NCBI GenBank assembly: GCA_963803805.1
Contig: CAWDOD010000002.1
Location: forward strand, 832,001-896,000
From: an uncultured cyanobacterium
Lineage (GTDB): Bacteria; Cyanobacteriota; Cyanobacteriia; Cyanobacteriales; CAWCAG01
DNA length: 64,000 nt
Direction of reading: 5' to 3'
Below are positions 51,010 to 62,237 of this stretch, piece by piece (positions within the stretch are counted from its first letter, which is position 1; every line of letters starts with the position of its first letter). The notes beneath the pieces are model-generated. The model saw only the letters and a list, made by a program, of their open reading frames with translations. It had not been told where the DNA came from and made no database searches. Position numbers and translations under genes: made by a program.

Positions 51010-54000
51010 TTAAGCAATTTCAAAATCTGCTTCGTTTATTAGTGAGGATGATACACCCAAAACTGTCACCAACACTTCACTGCTAGCAGTATCGCTAATT
51101 AAGGTACTGTAACCATTAGATGTCACACTTAGCTGCCCAAAAGTTAGACCATCGGTAAGCAAGAAAGAATCCTCACCGTCGGTAAAATCAAAAATAAAGT
51201 CACCTCCTGAACCAGATTTTAAGAGGAACTTATCTGCACCGCCATCGCCAAAAATGCGATCGCTTCCTGTACCACCATCTAAGAGATCGTCACCTTCTCC
51301 ACCCCGTAGGAAGTCATCACCTGCACCACCAAGGAGGGTATCATTTTCGAGGTTCCCAAAGAGGATATCATTACCTTCTCCACCATCAAGGAAGTCATTA
51401 CCCGTATTACCTTGGAGAAAGTCATCACCTTCTCCACCAAAGAGTTGATCATTTCCTAGATCACCCTCAAGAATGTCATTATCAGCACCACCATCAAGGA
51501 AGTCATTACCTTCTCCACCTCCGAGGAAATCGTTACCTGAATTACCAAAGAGGTTGTCATCTCCATCATTCCCCAGGATATTATCATTACCTGCACCACC
51601 TTCAGCAAAGTCATCCCCTCCTTGCCCATCTAAAGTATCATTACCTTCCAAACCAAACAGAGAGTCGTTCCCACTATCGCCAACGAGGGTATCATCCCCA
51701 GGAGTGCCAATTAAAGTCATATCCAAGGCAGGATCTACAGTGATATTAACCGTGGCAGTGGATGTGCCACCATTGCCATCGGCAACTGTGTAGTTAAAGC
51801 TGTCTGCCCCCATGAAACCTGGTGTGGGAGTATAAATAAGTTGATCGTCCGTTGAATCACCAGGTGTACCATTATCATCTAAGGTGACGCTGCCACCAGC
51901 AACAGAGTTGGCATCAAAGCTATCGATGAATACAGAATCACCTTCTACAGGATCACTATCATTAGCGAGAACATCAATAGTTAAGGCTGTATCTTGGGGG
52001 GTTGTGGCATTATCATCTATACTCACCGGGTTATCGTTGACGGAGTTAACCGTCAGATTAACTACTGCACCAGAAGCAAATAAGGAACCATCGGCAGCAT
52101 TCCAAGCAAAGCTAGTATTACCGTTGAAGTTAGCATCGGGAGTGAAGTTGAGTTTGCCAAGATCCGCAGCAGCAATACTATCTCCCGCCCCGACAATAAT
52201 ATCATTTAAACGTAGGATACCAGAGGTGGGGAGAGAAACAATGTTGATTTGATTGAGACTATCACCTTCAACGTCGTTAAATACATCAGTAAAGTCAGCA
52301 GCAGTGAAGGAAATAACTGTGTCTTCGTCCCCAGTTTTGTTAATGTCGCTAATGGTTGGGGCATCGTTGACACCATTAATATTTAAGGTGACGGTAGCTG
52401 TATCTGTACCACCGTTGCCGTCATCAATGGTATAAGTGAAGCTATCGGTAGCGGTTTCTCCTGGGGCTAAATAATCGAAAGCGTTATTAGGGTTGTAGGT
52501 TATGTCATTAGCCGCGCCAATACTTACTTGCCCTAATGTATTGTTGGTGTCTAGGCTAGTCAAAATGAGAGTATCACTGGCATCAGTATCGCTGTCGTTG
52601 TCTAAGAAGCTAGCAGTTGTCAAAGGAGTATCTTCATCAATGGTGAAACTATCATCATTAGCAACAGGAGCATCATTAACTCCGTTGATGGTGATATTTA
52701 CCGTAGCTGTGTCTGTGTTGCCGTTGCCATCATCAATGGTGTAGCTAAAGCTATCAATGGCGGTTTCTCCTACAGCAAGGGATGCAAATTGACCATTAGG
52801 ATCGTAGTTAAATGTGCCATCGCCGTTGTAGGTAACCAACCCTAAAGTCCCTGTGGTATCGAAGCTAGAGAAGTTAATATTATCAATAGGCTCTGGATCA
52901 CTATCATTGCTTAAAACGTTGGAAGTTGTGAAGGGGGTTGCTTCATCGGTGCTGAAGTTATCATCATTAGCAATGGGACTTTCGTCAATGTCGTTAACGG
53001 TAACGTTCAAAGTTTGGGTATCCGTGCCACCATTACCATCATCGGCAGTTACTTCTACCTCATAAACATTATCCCCATCTGCATCAACAGGAGATTCAAA
53101 GTTAGGAGCATTCATGAAGCTTAATTCTCCTGTGGTTGAGTTGATGGTAAACAAACTGCTATCGTTTCCACCTGTAAGAGAAAAGCTAACCACATCATTC
53201 TCAGGATCTATTGCCGCAACAGTAGTAACTAAAGTTGTATTCTCATCCAAACCAGGAGTCAAATCAGAAGTAATAGTAGGATTGTCATTAACACCATTGA
53301 TAGTCACAGTGAAAGTAGCTGCAATAGTACCACCGTTTCCATCGTCAACTGTGTAACTGAAGCTATCAGAGGCTGTTTCTCCTACAGCGAGAGATTCAAA
53401 TTGACCGTTGGGATTGTAGTTAAATGTACCATCTCCATTGTTAACAACTGAACCTAATGTGCCAGTAGTATCGAGTTTACTAACGCTTAGGGTATCTCCA
53501 TCTACGTCGCTATAGTTGTTGAGAACATTAACTGTAGTGAAAGGAGTGTCTTCATCGGTTGTACTATTGTTAATATTGCTACGACCGAAGATGACATAGC
53601 TTTCTCCTGCATCACTATTGCCATTGGGGCTACCTCCCTTTGCCCCAATAATCAAATCGTCAATACCATCTCCATTAATGTCTCCTGCTCCACTTACCGA
53701 AGTACCAGAGAAGTCATCTAAATCAATGCCGTTGATAACAAAGCCATTGCTGCCATTCAGAGTTGATAATTCTATAGTCGCATCAAAGCCATTATTGCGG
53801 CCAAAGACGACGTAGCTTTTCTCCTGCACGAGTATTATCATTGGGATCGGCTCTGTTTGCCCCAATAATCAAATCATCAATGCCATCTCCATTAATATCT
53901 CCTGCTCCACTTACCGAAATCCCAGAGAAGTCACGTTCATTGATGCCGTTGATAACGAAACCATTGCTACCATTGAGGTCTGATAATTCCAAACTGGGAG

Positions 54001-57000
54001 CAAAGCCATTATCACTGCCAAAGACCACGTAGCTTTCTCCTGCACTAGAATTGCCATTAGGGTGAGCTGAGGATGCTCCAATAATCAAATCATCAATACC
54101 ATCACCATTGATATCCCCTGCTCCGCTCACTGAATTACCAGAGAAGTCAACTGAATCAATGCCGTTGATAGCAAAACCATTGCTACCATTGAGGTCTGAT
54201 AGTTCTAAGCTGGCATTAAAGCCATTATTACTGCCGAAGATTACATAACTCTCTCCTGCACGATCTTTACCGTTGGGGTCAACTAATTCTGCTCCAATAA
54301 TCAAGTCATCAATGCCATCACCGTTGATATCCCCTGCTCCGCTTACTGAATTACCGGAGTAATCAAATGAATCAATACCGTTGATGACAAAGCCATTGCT
54401 ACCATTGAGGTTTGATAATTCTAAGCTAGGAGCAAAGCCATTATTACTGCCAAAGACAACGTAGCTCTGTCCTGAACGATCTTTGCCAATGGGGTCGCCC
54501 CACCTTGCCCCAATAATCAAATCATCAATGCCATCTCCATTGATATCTCCCGCTCCGCTTACTGAAACACCAGATTGGTCAATTGGATCAATACCGTTGA
54601 TGACAAAACCATTGCTACCATCGAGGTCTGATAATTCTAAACTAGCATTAAAGCCATTATTAGTGCCAAAGACGACATAGCTCTCTCCTGTACTATAATT
54701 ACCATTAGGATCGGCTCTGTATGCCCCAATAATCAAATCATCAATACCATCACCGTTGATATCCCCTGCTCCGCTCACTGAATTACCGGAGAAGTCACGT
54801 TCATCGATACCGTTGATGACAAAGCCATTGCTGCCATCTAGGTCTGATAATTCTAAGCTAGTACTAAAGCCATTATTACTGCCAAAGACGACATAGCTTT
54901 TTCCAGCATCACTATTGCCATTGGGGTCAGCAAAGGGTGAGCCAACAATCAAGTCATCAATACCATCACCGTTGACATCCCCCGCTCCACTTACTGAATA
55001 ACCAGATTGGTCATCTGCATCAATACCATTGATGACAAAGCCATTGCTGCCATCTAAATCTGCGAGGTTAATGCTGGGATTGAAGAAGCCTGGTGCATTA
55101 TTCGCTACAGGTGCGTCATTTACCCCATTGATGGTAACGTTAACCGTAGCAGTGTCTGTGTTGCCATTACCATCATCAATAGTGTAGCTAAAACTATCAA
55201 TGGCTGTTTCTCCTACAGCAAGGGATTCAAATTGTCCATTAGGATCATAGTTAAATGTGCCATCTCCGTTATAGGTGACTAAACCTAAAGTCCCTGTGGT
55301 GTCGAAGTTAGAGAAGTTAATGTTGTCAATAGGATCTGGATCGCCATCATTGCTTAAAACATTGGCAGTAGTGAAGGCTGTTGCTTCATCAGTGCTGAAG
55401 TTATCTTCGTTAGCGAGGGGGCTTTCATTGACATCATCAACTGTAATGTTCAAAGTTTGCGTATCCGTGCCACCATTACCGTCATCGGCAGTTACTTCTA
55501 CTTCGTAGATATTGTCTCCATCTGCATCGACAGGAGACTCGAAGTTAGGAGCGTTGTTGAAGCTTAATTCTCCTGTAGTTGAGTCTATGGTAAATAAACT
55601 GCTATCTGTTCCTCCTGCGATCGCATAACTAAGATTATCCCCATCAGGATCTGTTGCTGTGATGGTAGTAACTAAAGTTGTGTTTTCATCTAAGTTAAAG
55701 TTACTGCCAGAGGTAATAGTTGGAACTTGATTACTTGCTCCGCCAAAGACAACGTAGGTACGGTAAAAGTTAGTAAAATCAGGGGCTTGATACTCGGAAC
55801 TCACCATTAAGTCAGCGAAACCATCATTGTTAAAATCTCCTGCACCGCTAACAGAATAGCCTGCTGATTTATACCCTGGGCTACCGTTAATTTTGAAACC
55901 ATTACTACCATCTAGGGTAGCTAAATCTAAGGTAGGGCCAAAGCCACTGTTGTTGCCAAAAATCACATAGCTACGACCGTTAATATTTTCCTGGTAGTCA
56001 CCAAGAATGATGTCATCGAAGCCATCACCATTAAAATCCCCAAGGCTACTAATAGACAAGGGAGAGGGAACATTGTTAATTGTTTCTTCCTTGATGCTAA
56101 AACCGTTGCTGCCATCTAGGCTAGATAAATCAAAACTAGGGTCAAAACCACTACCCTTACCAAAGATGACATAGTTGGTGTCTGTGTCGGGATCCACACC
56201 GACAACAATCAAGTCATCAAAACCATCACCATTAATGTCTCCTGCACTGCTAACACGTCTTCCTAAGTCATCAAATTGCTCCTTACCATCGATTTTGAAG
56301 CCGTTGCTGCCATCGAGAGTAGATAGGTCAAAGTTAGCAGCGAAACCAGTTGTTTTACCAAAGACAACATAACTGCTTCCCGGAAGAGTATTGTTGGAAC
56401 CATCTCCACTCGCACCAACAATCAGATCATCAATACCATCCCCATTGACATCTCCGGCATCGCTAACGGAGACTCCTAAGTCACTGTCGTACGCCTTGCC
56501 ATCAATCCTAAAGCCGTTACTGCCATCGAGAGTAGATAGATCAAAGTTAGCAGCGAAACCAGTTGTTTTACCAAAGATGATATAACTGCTACCAGAATAA
56601 TTACCGTTGTTATCAGCTCCATTAGCCCCGACAATCAAGTCATCAATACCATCCCCATTCACATCTCCAACATCATCAACAGAGATTCCTAAGTAGTCGC
56701 GTCCTCCCTCACCATCAATTTTAAAGCCATTGTTGCCATTGAGAGTGGAAAGGTCAAAATCAGCAGCAAACCCACTGGTACTGCCAAAAACCACATAGCT
56801 ACTGCCAGAGTTATAAGCACTAGAGTCTCTAAAAGGATCGCTAATAATCAGGTCATCAATACCGTCACCATTAATATCTCCTGCACCGCTAACAGCATTT
56901 CCTAAGCCTTGATTTGCTGCTGTACTATTAAGTTTGAAACCATTGCTGCCATCTAGGGTGTCGAGGTTAAGGTTAACATCAAAGCCAGTTTCTTTTCCAA

Positions 57001-59407
57001 AGACGACATAGCTAGTATTAATGTTGGGAGCGCCGATGATCACATCGTCAATGCCATCTCCATTAATATCTCCAGCATCGCTTACTCTGTTGTTAGCACT
57101 AGGAGTGGGAAAAGATGTTATTTCGCGCTCAATGATGAAGCCATTGCTACTGTCAATATCGGAAAGATTAAGTTCACTAAAAGTAACCTCGTTGGTATCA
57201 TTAACGCTGATATTCAAGGCTTGTGTGTCCACGCTACCGCTACCATCAATAGCGCTAACTTCCACCTCATAAGTGTTATCCCCATCTGCATCAGCAGGAG
57301 ACTCGAAGTTAGGAGCATTATTGAAGCTTAATTCTCCTGTGGTTGAGTCGATGGTAAAGAGATTACTGTCGTTTCCCCCTGCGATCGCATAACTAATCAC
57401 ATCCCCATCAGGATCTGTTGCTGTAACGGTAGTAACTAAAGTGTTATTTTCGTTGAGGTTAAAGTTACTGTCAGAAGTTATGGTAGGAGTTTCGTTAACA
57501 TTGTCAACAGTAATATTGAGGGTTTGAGTATCTACACCACCATTACCATCATCAGCAGTTACTTCTACTTCGTAAACGTTGTCACCATTAGCATCTGCGG
57601 GAGATTCAAAGTTAGGAGCATTGGCAAAGCTTAATTCCCCTGTAGTTGAGTCTATGGTAAAGAGGTTACTGTCGCTTCCTCCAGTGAGGGTATAACTAAG
57701 ATTATCTCCATTAGGATCTGTGGCTGTAACGGTAGTAACTAAAGTTGTGTTTTCGTTGAGGTTGGGAGTTAAGTTAGAAGTGATGGTAGGGTCATCATTA
57801 TCACCCGGCATTCCAACTTTGATCCCAATAGCTTTCACATTGTCGCTGTTATCAGTTTCCCCTTGCCTATTGTCATAGTCTGTAGCAAAGAGCAAAAAGT
57901 AATTACCTAAAGCTAAATTATCAGGGATATCAGCAGTGGTATTGACTGTATAGTTATCTCCTGCTTCTAAGGGTGGTTGAAACCCAGTATAGTGAAGTTT
58001 TATAGATGTATCGGAATTGTCGAGTACACCGTCTTGAGAGATATAGACTCTATCATACCAATCGTCCCCTGCTACTGCTGTGGCACTGCTGTTTTCTACT
58101 GTCCAGGAAAGGTTGACTGTTTCGTCTAAAGCAACTGATGTTACAGGGTTGCCTGCAAGATTGCTTACTTGTGCTGATGATACTTCTAAGTTTGGGGCTT
58201 CAATTTGAATAGGAATAGCTTTAACATTATCGCTGTTATCAGTTTCCCCTTGCCTATTGTCATAGTCTGTAGCAAAGAGCAAAAAGTAATTACCTAAAGC
58301 TAAATTATCAGGGATATCAGCAGTGGTATTGACTGTATAGTTATCTCCTGCTTCTAAGGGTGGTTGAAACCCAGTATAGTGAAGTTTTATAGATGTATCG
58401 GAATTGTCGAGTACACCGTCTTGAGAGATATAGACTCTATCATACCAATCGTCCCCTGCTACTGCTGTGGCACTGCTGTTTTCTACTGTCCAGGAAAGGT
58501 TGACTGTTTCGTCTAAAGCAACTGATGTTACAGGGTTGCCTGCAAGATTGCTTACTTGTGCTGATGATACTTCTAAGTTTGGGGCTTCAATTTGAATAGG
58601 AATAGCTTTAACATTATCGCTGTTATCAGTTTCCCCTTGCCTATTGTCATAGTCTGTAGCAAAGAGCAAAAAGTAATTACCTAAAGCTAAATTATCAGGG
58701 ATATCAGCAGTGGTATTGACTGTATAGTTATCTCCTGCTTCTAAGGGTGGTTGAAACCCAGTATAGTGAAGTTTTATAGATGTATCGGAATTGTCGAGTA
58801 CACCGTCTTGAGAGATATAGACTCTATCATACCAATCGTCCCCTGCTACTGCTGTGGCACTGCTGTTTTCTACTGTCCAGGAAAGGTTGACTGTTTCGTC
58901 TAAAGCAACTGATGTTACAGGGTTGCCTGCAAGATTGCTTACTTGTGCTGATGATACTTCTAAGTTTGGGGCTTCAATTTGAATAGGAATAGCTTTAACA
59001 TTATCGCTGTTATCAGTTTCCCCTTGCCTATTGTCATAGTCTGTAGCAAAGAGTAAAAAGTAATTACCTAAAGCTAAATTATCAGGGATATCAGCAGTGG
59101 TATTGACTGTATAGTTATCTCCTGCTTCTAAGGGTGGTTGAAACCCAGTATAGTGAAGTTTTATAGATGTATCGGAATTGTCGAGTACACCGTCTTGAGA
59201 GATATAGACTCTATCATACCAATCATCTCCTGCTACTGCTGTGCCGATATTTTGTACAGTCCAAGAAAGGTTAACTGTTTCATCTAAGGCAACTGAATTT
59301 ACAGTGTTGCCAGCACTATCAGTAACGAGGCTGTCTGTGACAATTAGGTTTGCTAAAACATCGTCAAGAGCATTAGGGAGAGAATTATCATTATTTGAAT
59401 TAGGCAT
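51010..59407 (-). pseudogene. Giant T1SS-secreted RTX adhesin (~2798 aa if intact), split by a +1 frameshift at 53817-53820. Domains: 4 CARDB-like, cadherin/VCBS Ig-like repeats, two 7-bladed FG-GAP propellers and C-terminal GGxGxD repeats. The break may be real or a sequencing error.
   Basis: ORFs 53792..59407 and 51010..53865 join within an FG-GAP repeat (RAGE|SYVVFG). There is an extra A relative to sister repeats, and the repeat spacing is 217 nt instead of 216. Confidence 0.88.
57831..59300. repeat. 387-bp (129-aa) tandem repeat, ~3.7 copies, CARDB-like domains
   Basis: Equivalent positions at 57831, 58218, 58605 and 58992. Near nucleotide-identical up to ~59220. Confidence 0.95.
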
Positions 59408-59486
59408 GGTTATAAAAGGTAATAGGTAATAGGTAATGGGTAATGGGTTTTAGTGTTATTTCTTTTCCCCATCTCCCCTGTAAAAA

Positions 59487-60587
59487 CTAGCCAACGGTAA
59501 TGACGCGGCGAATCTCATCGGTACGCAAACCAATGGCCATCGGGCTGCGTATTTTAGGAATCACCGCCACATCATATAATTCACTGACTATGCCTTCAAT
59601 ACGCAAGGAGTGAACAATATCCCCGGTGCGTAAGTCAATAACCAACAAACCACAACGGGCTTCTACTTTTTTCTCCCGCAACATCTCATCTAAAGGCAAG
59701 CCGGAAAAGGTTTTATTTTCCCTCGGTTGAGACAAACCGACAATGGCAAAGTCACCATGGAAAGTACAACCCCTGAGATATCCGGGACAAAAGGCTACTG
59801 GCTCAAATTTTGCTGCTGCTAAATCAACATAGCCAAACTCTCCTGTACCAGAGTTGAGTAACCAGAGTTTGTCTTTGTACCAACGGGGAGAATGGGGCAT
59901 TGATAACCCGGTGAGAATAATTTCCTTACTCTCCACCTCAATTACACAACCACCATCTACCCTTTGATCTCGCCAACCCTCTGCAACATCAGACTGACTC
60001 ACCGCAGTTACATACTTTGGTTGTCCCTCCTTCATAGCTAAACCATTAAGATGACAGCGATCTTCTGCTGCTAAACGGGAAATAAAAGGCGGTTGCCACA
60101 AAGGAGTAAAACTATGGCTTTCGCTGACGGTAGCTAAACAACTAAACAGAGTGTTAACAAAAATTAAAGAAGGAGAAGATTCTTCCTCCACAAACCCCAA
60201 ATCATGAATGTCCAAATCCCCCGTCACATAACTCATTTGAGGAACATAAACACAATCATAACCATTCTGGGTTTGTCCCGGTGGCAGGGCATTTTCTAAA
60301 CGCCAGATTTGATAAAGGGAACTGAAATAAAGACTATTCCCCACAGCACATAAACCCATACAACGGTTAAAAGTGCGCTCAAAGATTGATAACTTACCAC
60401 TGGGTTGTAAACCGACAAAGAAAACTTTGCCAGCTTGGTAGGTGGTGAAAGTAAGACTGAGATTCTGTTCAGTTAACCAAGAGGTAAACTGTCTAGATCC
60501 CGTAATTTCTAATTTTGGAGTTGCCACAGGAATTTGATGTAGATGACTCTGGTGAGTTGATTTTATTGTATTTAAGTTAATTTCCAA
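59487..60587 (-). CDS. TIGR03032 / DUF4915 family protein
   Basis: FTTYQAGK, ERTFNRCMGL, TGDLDIHD, FVNTLFSCL, EDRCHLNGLA, GLSMPHSPRW and FCPGYLRG motifs. Family recognised from memory. Confidence 0.85.
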   Translation of the reverse strand: MEINLNTIKSTHQSHLHQIPVATPKLEITGSRQFTSWLTEQNLSLTFTTYQAGKVFFVGLQPSGKLSIFERTFNRCMGLCAVGNSLYFSSLYQIWRLENALPPGQTQNGYDCVYVPQMSYVTGDLDIHDLGFVEEESSPSLIFVNTLFSCLATVSESHSFTPLWQPPFISRLAAEDRCHLNGLAMKEGQPKYVTAVSQSDVAEGWRDQRVDGGCVIEVESKEIILTGLSMPHSPRWYKDKLWLLNSGTGEFGYVDLAAAKFEPVAFCPGYLRGCTFHGDFAIVGLSQPRENKTFSGLPLDEMLREKKVEARCGLLVIDLRTGDIVHSLRIEGIVSELYDVAVIPKIRSPMAIGLRTDEIRRVITVG

Positions 60588-60733
60588 ATATTTGGAGCTA
60601 ATTTAACTTAGTAGGGTTTATCTCTTACCCCAGCAAAGATATGCAGTTTTAACATTTCTTAAACAAAGTTGTTAATGGCTAGTGGCTAGTTGTTGAATTT
60701 CAGAGGATCTTTTATTTGTTGGAGTCGTTTTAC

Positions 60734-62233
60734 TTAACTGCTAGATTTAAGACTATCAATTTTGCGGGTAAACAAATCAGTAAAAATAGTAATAACTCGA
60801 CGCTTACGTACCTTAATATTGGCATTAACCGACATTCCCGATTGCAATTGTATCTTGTTATTTAAAGCTTGACTATCAAGGCTTATTTCTGCGGGGAAAC
60901 GGTAAAAAGGATAAACCTCATCAGGAGGTAAAGCATCGGAACCAATCTGTACTAATTTCCCCTTAATATCGCCAAATTCACTGTAAGGAAAAGAATCAAT
61001 CCTTACATCCACGACCATATTTTCCTCAACAAAACCAATATCTTTGTTAGTAATATAGACCTTAGCTATTAAGTTATCTTGAGGTACAACTTTGAGGAGT
61101 GGTTCACTAGAGTTAGCTACAAAACCAGGGCCATTAGGTTGTAAATCGAATACCTTGCCACTAACAGGCGCTCTCAATTCCTGATAGACAATAGTCTGAT
61201 TAATTTGACTAATTTGACTGTTAATCTCTTCGAGGCGCTTCTCATTTTCCAAAATCACCTTAGTTAACTGGCTATCAATATCAGCAATGCGTTTCTCATT
61301 TTCAGAAATTTTGCTGTAGACATCAGTATCACTAGTTGCTACTGTGTTGCGTAAACGCTCCTGAGCCTGAGTAATGCCGTATTGTAAACGTTTCTCTTCT
61401 TCTTGCAAACGGTTAACTTCAGCGGTTGCTGACCCAACTTCTTGTTGTTGGCGTAGGAGTTGCAACTCAGAAACAGCACCTTCTTTAACTAAAGGAGCAA
61501 TGCGGTTGACTATTTGTTGGTTAACTTGGAGAATATTCTTAGCATTTGCAAGCTGTCCCCGTACTTGATTTAGTTGTTGCCTGAGTTGATCTGCTTCTAA
61601 ACGAGTAACTTCGGCCCGAGAATCTGACTCTGTTTGGTCAGCTTGGAAGCGGTTTAATTGCTGTGGGTTCAAGTTGGAAGTGTCCCCCTCTCCTTGAAGA
61701 GTAGCTTGATAATAGCGATTTTCTGCTACCAAAGCAGCACGATTTTCTGTTAAAGTTGCTAACTCTGGGGAAATACTAATGTTTTCTGGTTTTTCTGTGG
61801 TTATGCCCTGAAGCTGAGAACGATAAAAGCGATTTTCTCCTTCTAACTTTTGGCGGATTTTGAGTAGGGATTGGGATTCATCTTTAGCAGTTTTCTGCTC
61901 AAAACTAACTAATAATTCCCCCTCCTTAACATCATCTCCTTCCTTAACATGAAGTTCCTCCACTACTCCCCCTACCGGGGCCTGCACAGTTTTTACAGCA
62001 CTTTTCGGTTCTAATTTACCTTGGGCAGGAACAGCCTCTTCAATTTTAGCAATGCAAGCCCAAGCAATAGTGAGGGAAGTAACTCCCACAATCGTCCCCA
62101 CAATAGCCCGTGACCAAAATGGAGACTGCCGTAAGATTACTTTACGGTCAAAAGGTTTACTAGATGCAACAATCTCCTCACCGGGAGTATCTGCGAAATT
62201 TGACGACGACATATTATTATTACCCATTACCAA
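60734..62233 (-). CDS. HlyD family T1SS membrane-fusion protein
   Basis: Single TM helix, GKLEP..VQAPVGGVV, long coiled coil, LRAPVSGKV, DSFPYSEFG and LQSGMSV. Confidence 0.95.
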   Translation of the reverse strand: MVMGNNNMSSSNFADTPGEEIVASSKPFDRKVILRQSPFWSRAIVGTIVGVTSLTIAWACIAKIEEAVPAQGKLEPKSAVKTVQAPVGGVVEELHVKEGDDVKEGELLVSFEQKTAKDESQSLLKIRQKLEGENRFYRSQLQGITTEKPENISISPELATLTENRAALVAENRYYQATLQGEGDTSNLNPQQLNRFQADQTESDSRAEVTRLEADQLRQQLNQVRGQLANAKNILQVNQQIVNRIAPLVKEGAVSELQLLRQQQEVGSATAEVNRLQEEEKRLQYGITQAQERLRNTVATSDTDVYSKISENEKRIADIDSQLTKVILENEKRLEEINSQISQINQTIVYQELRAPVSGKVFDLQPNGPGFVANSSEPLLKVVPQDNLIAKVYITNKDIGFVEENMVVDVRIDSFPYSEFGDIKGKLVQIGSDALPPDEVYPFYRFPAEISLDSQALNNKIQLQSGMSVNANIKVRKRRVITIFTDLFTRKIDSLKSSS

Positions 62234-62237
62234 TTAC

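Noticed and set aside
51254-57272. Many short + strand ORFs, including S/P/K-rich repeats
   Set aside because: These are antisense shadows of the repetitive adhesin codons.
53590-59300. Regularly spaced repeats as a possible CRISPR or non-coding array
   Set aside because: The units are 216 and 387 bp, multiples of 3, and encode protein domains. There is no repeat-spacer structure and no cas gene.
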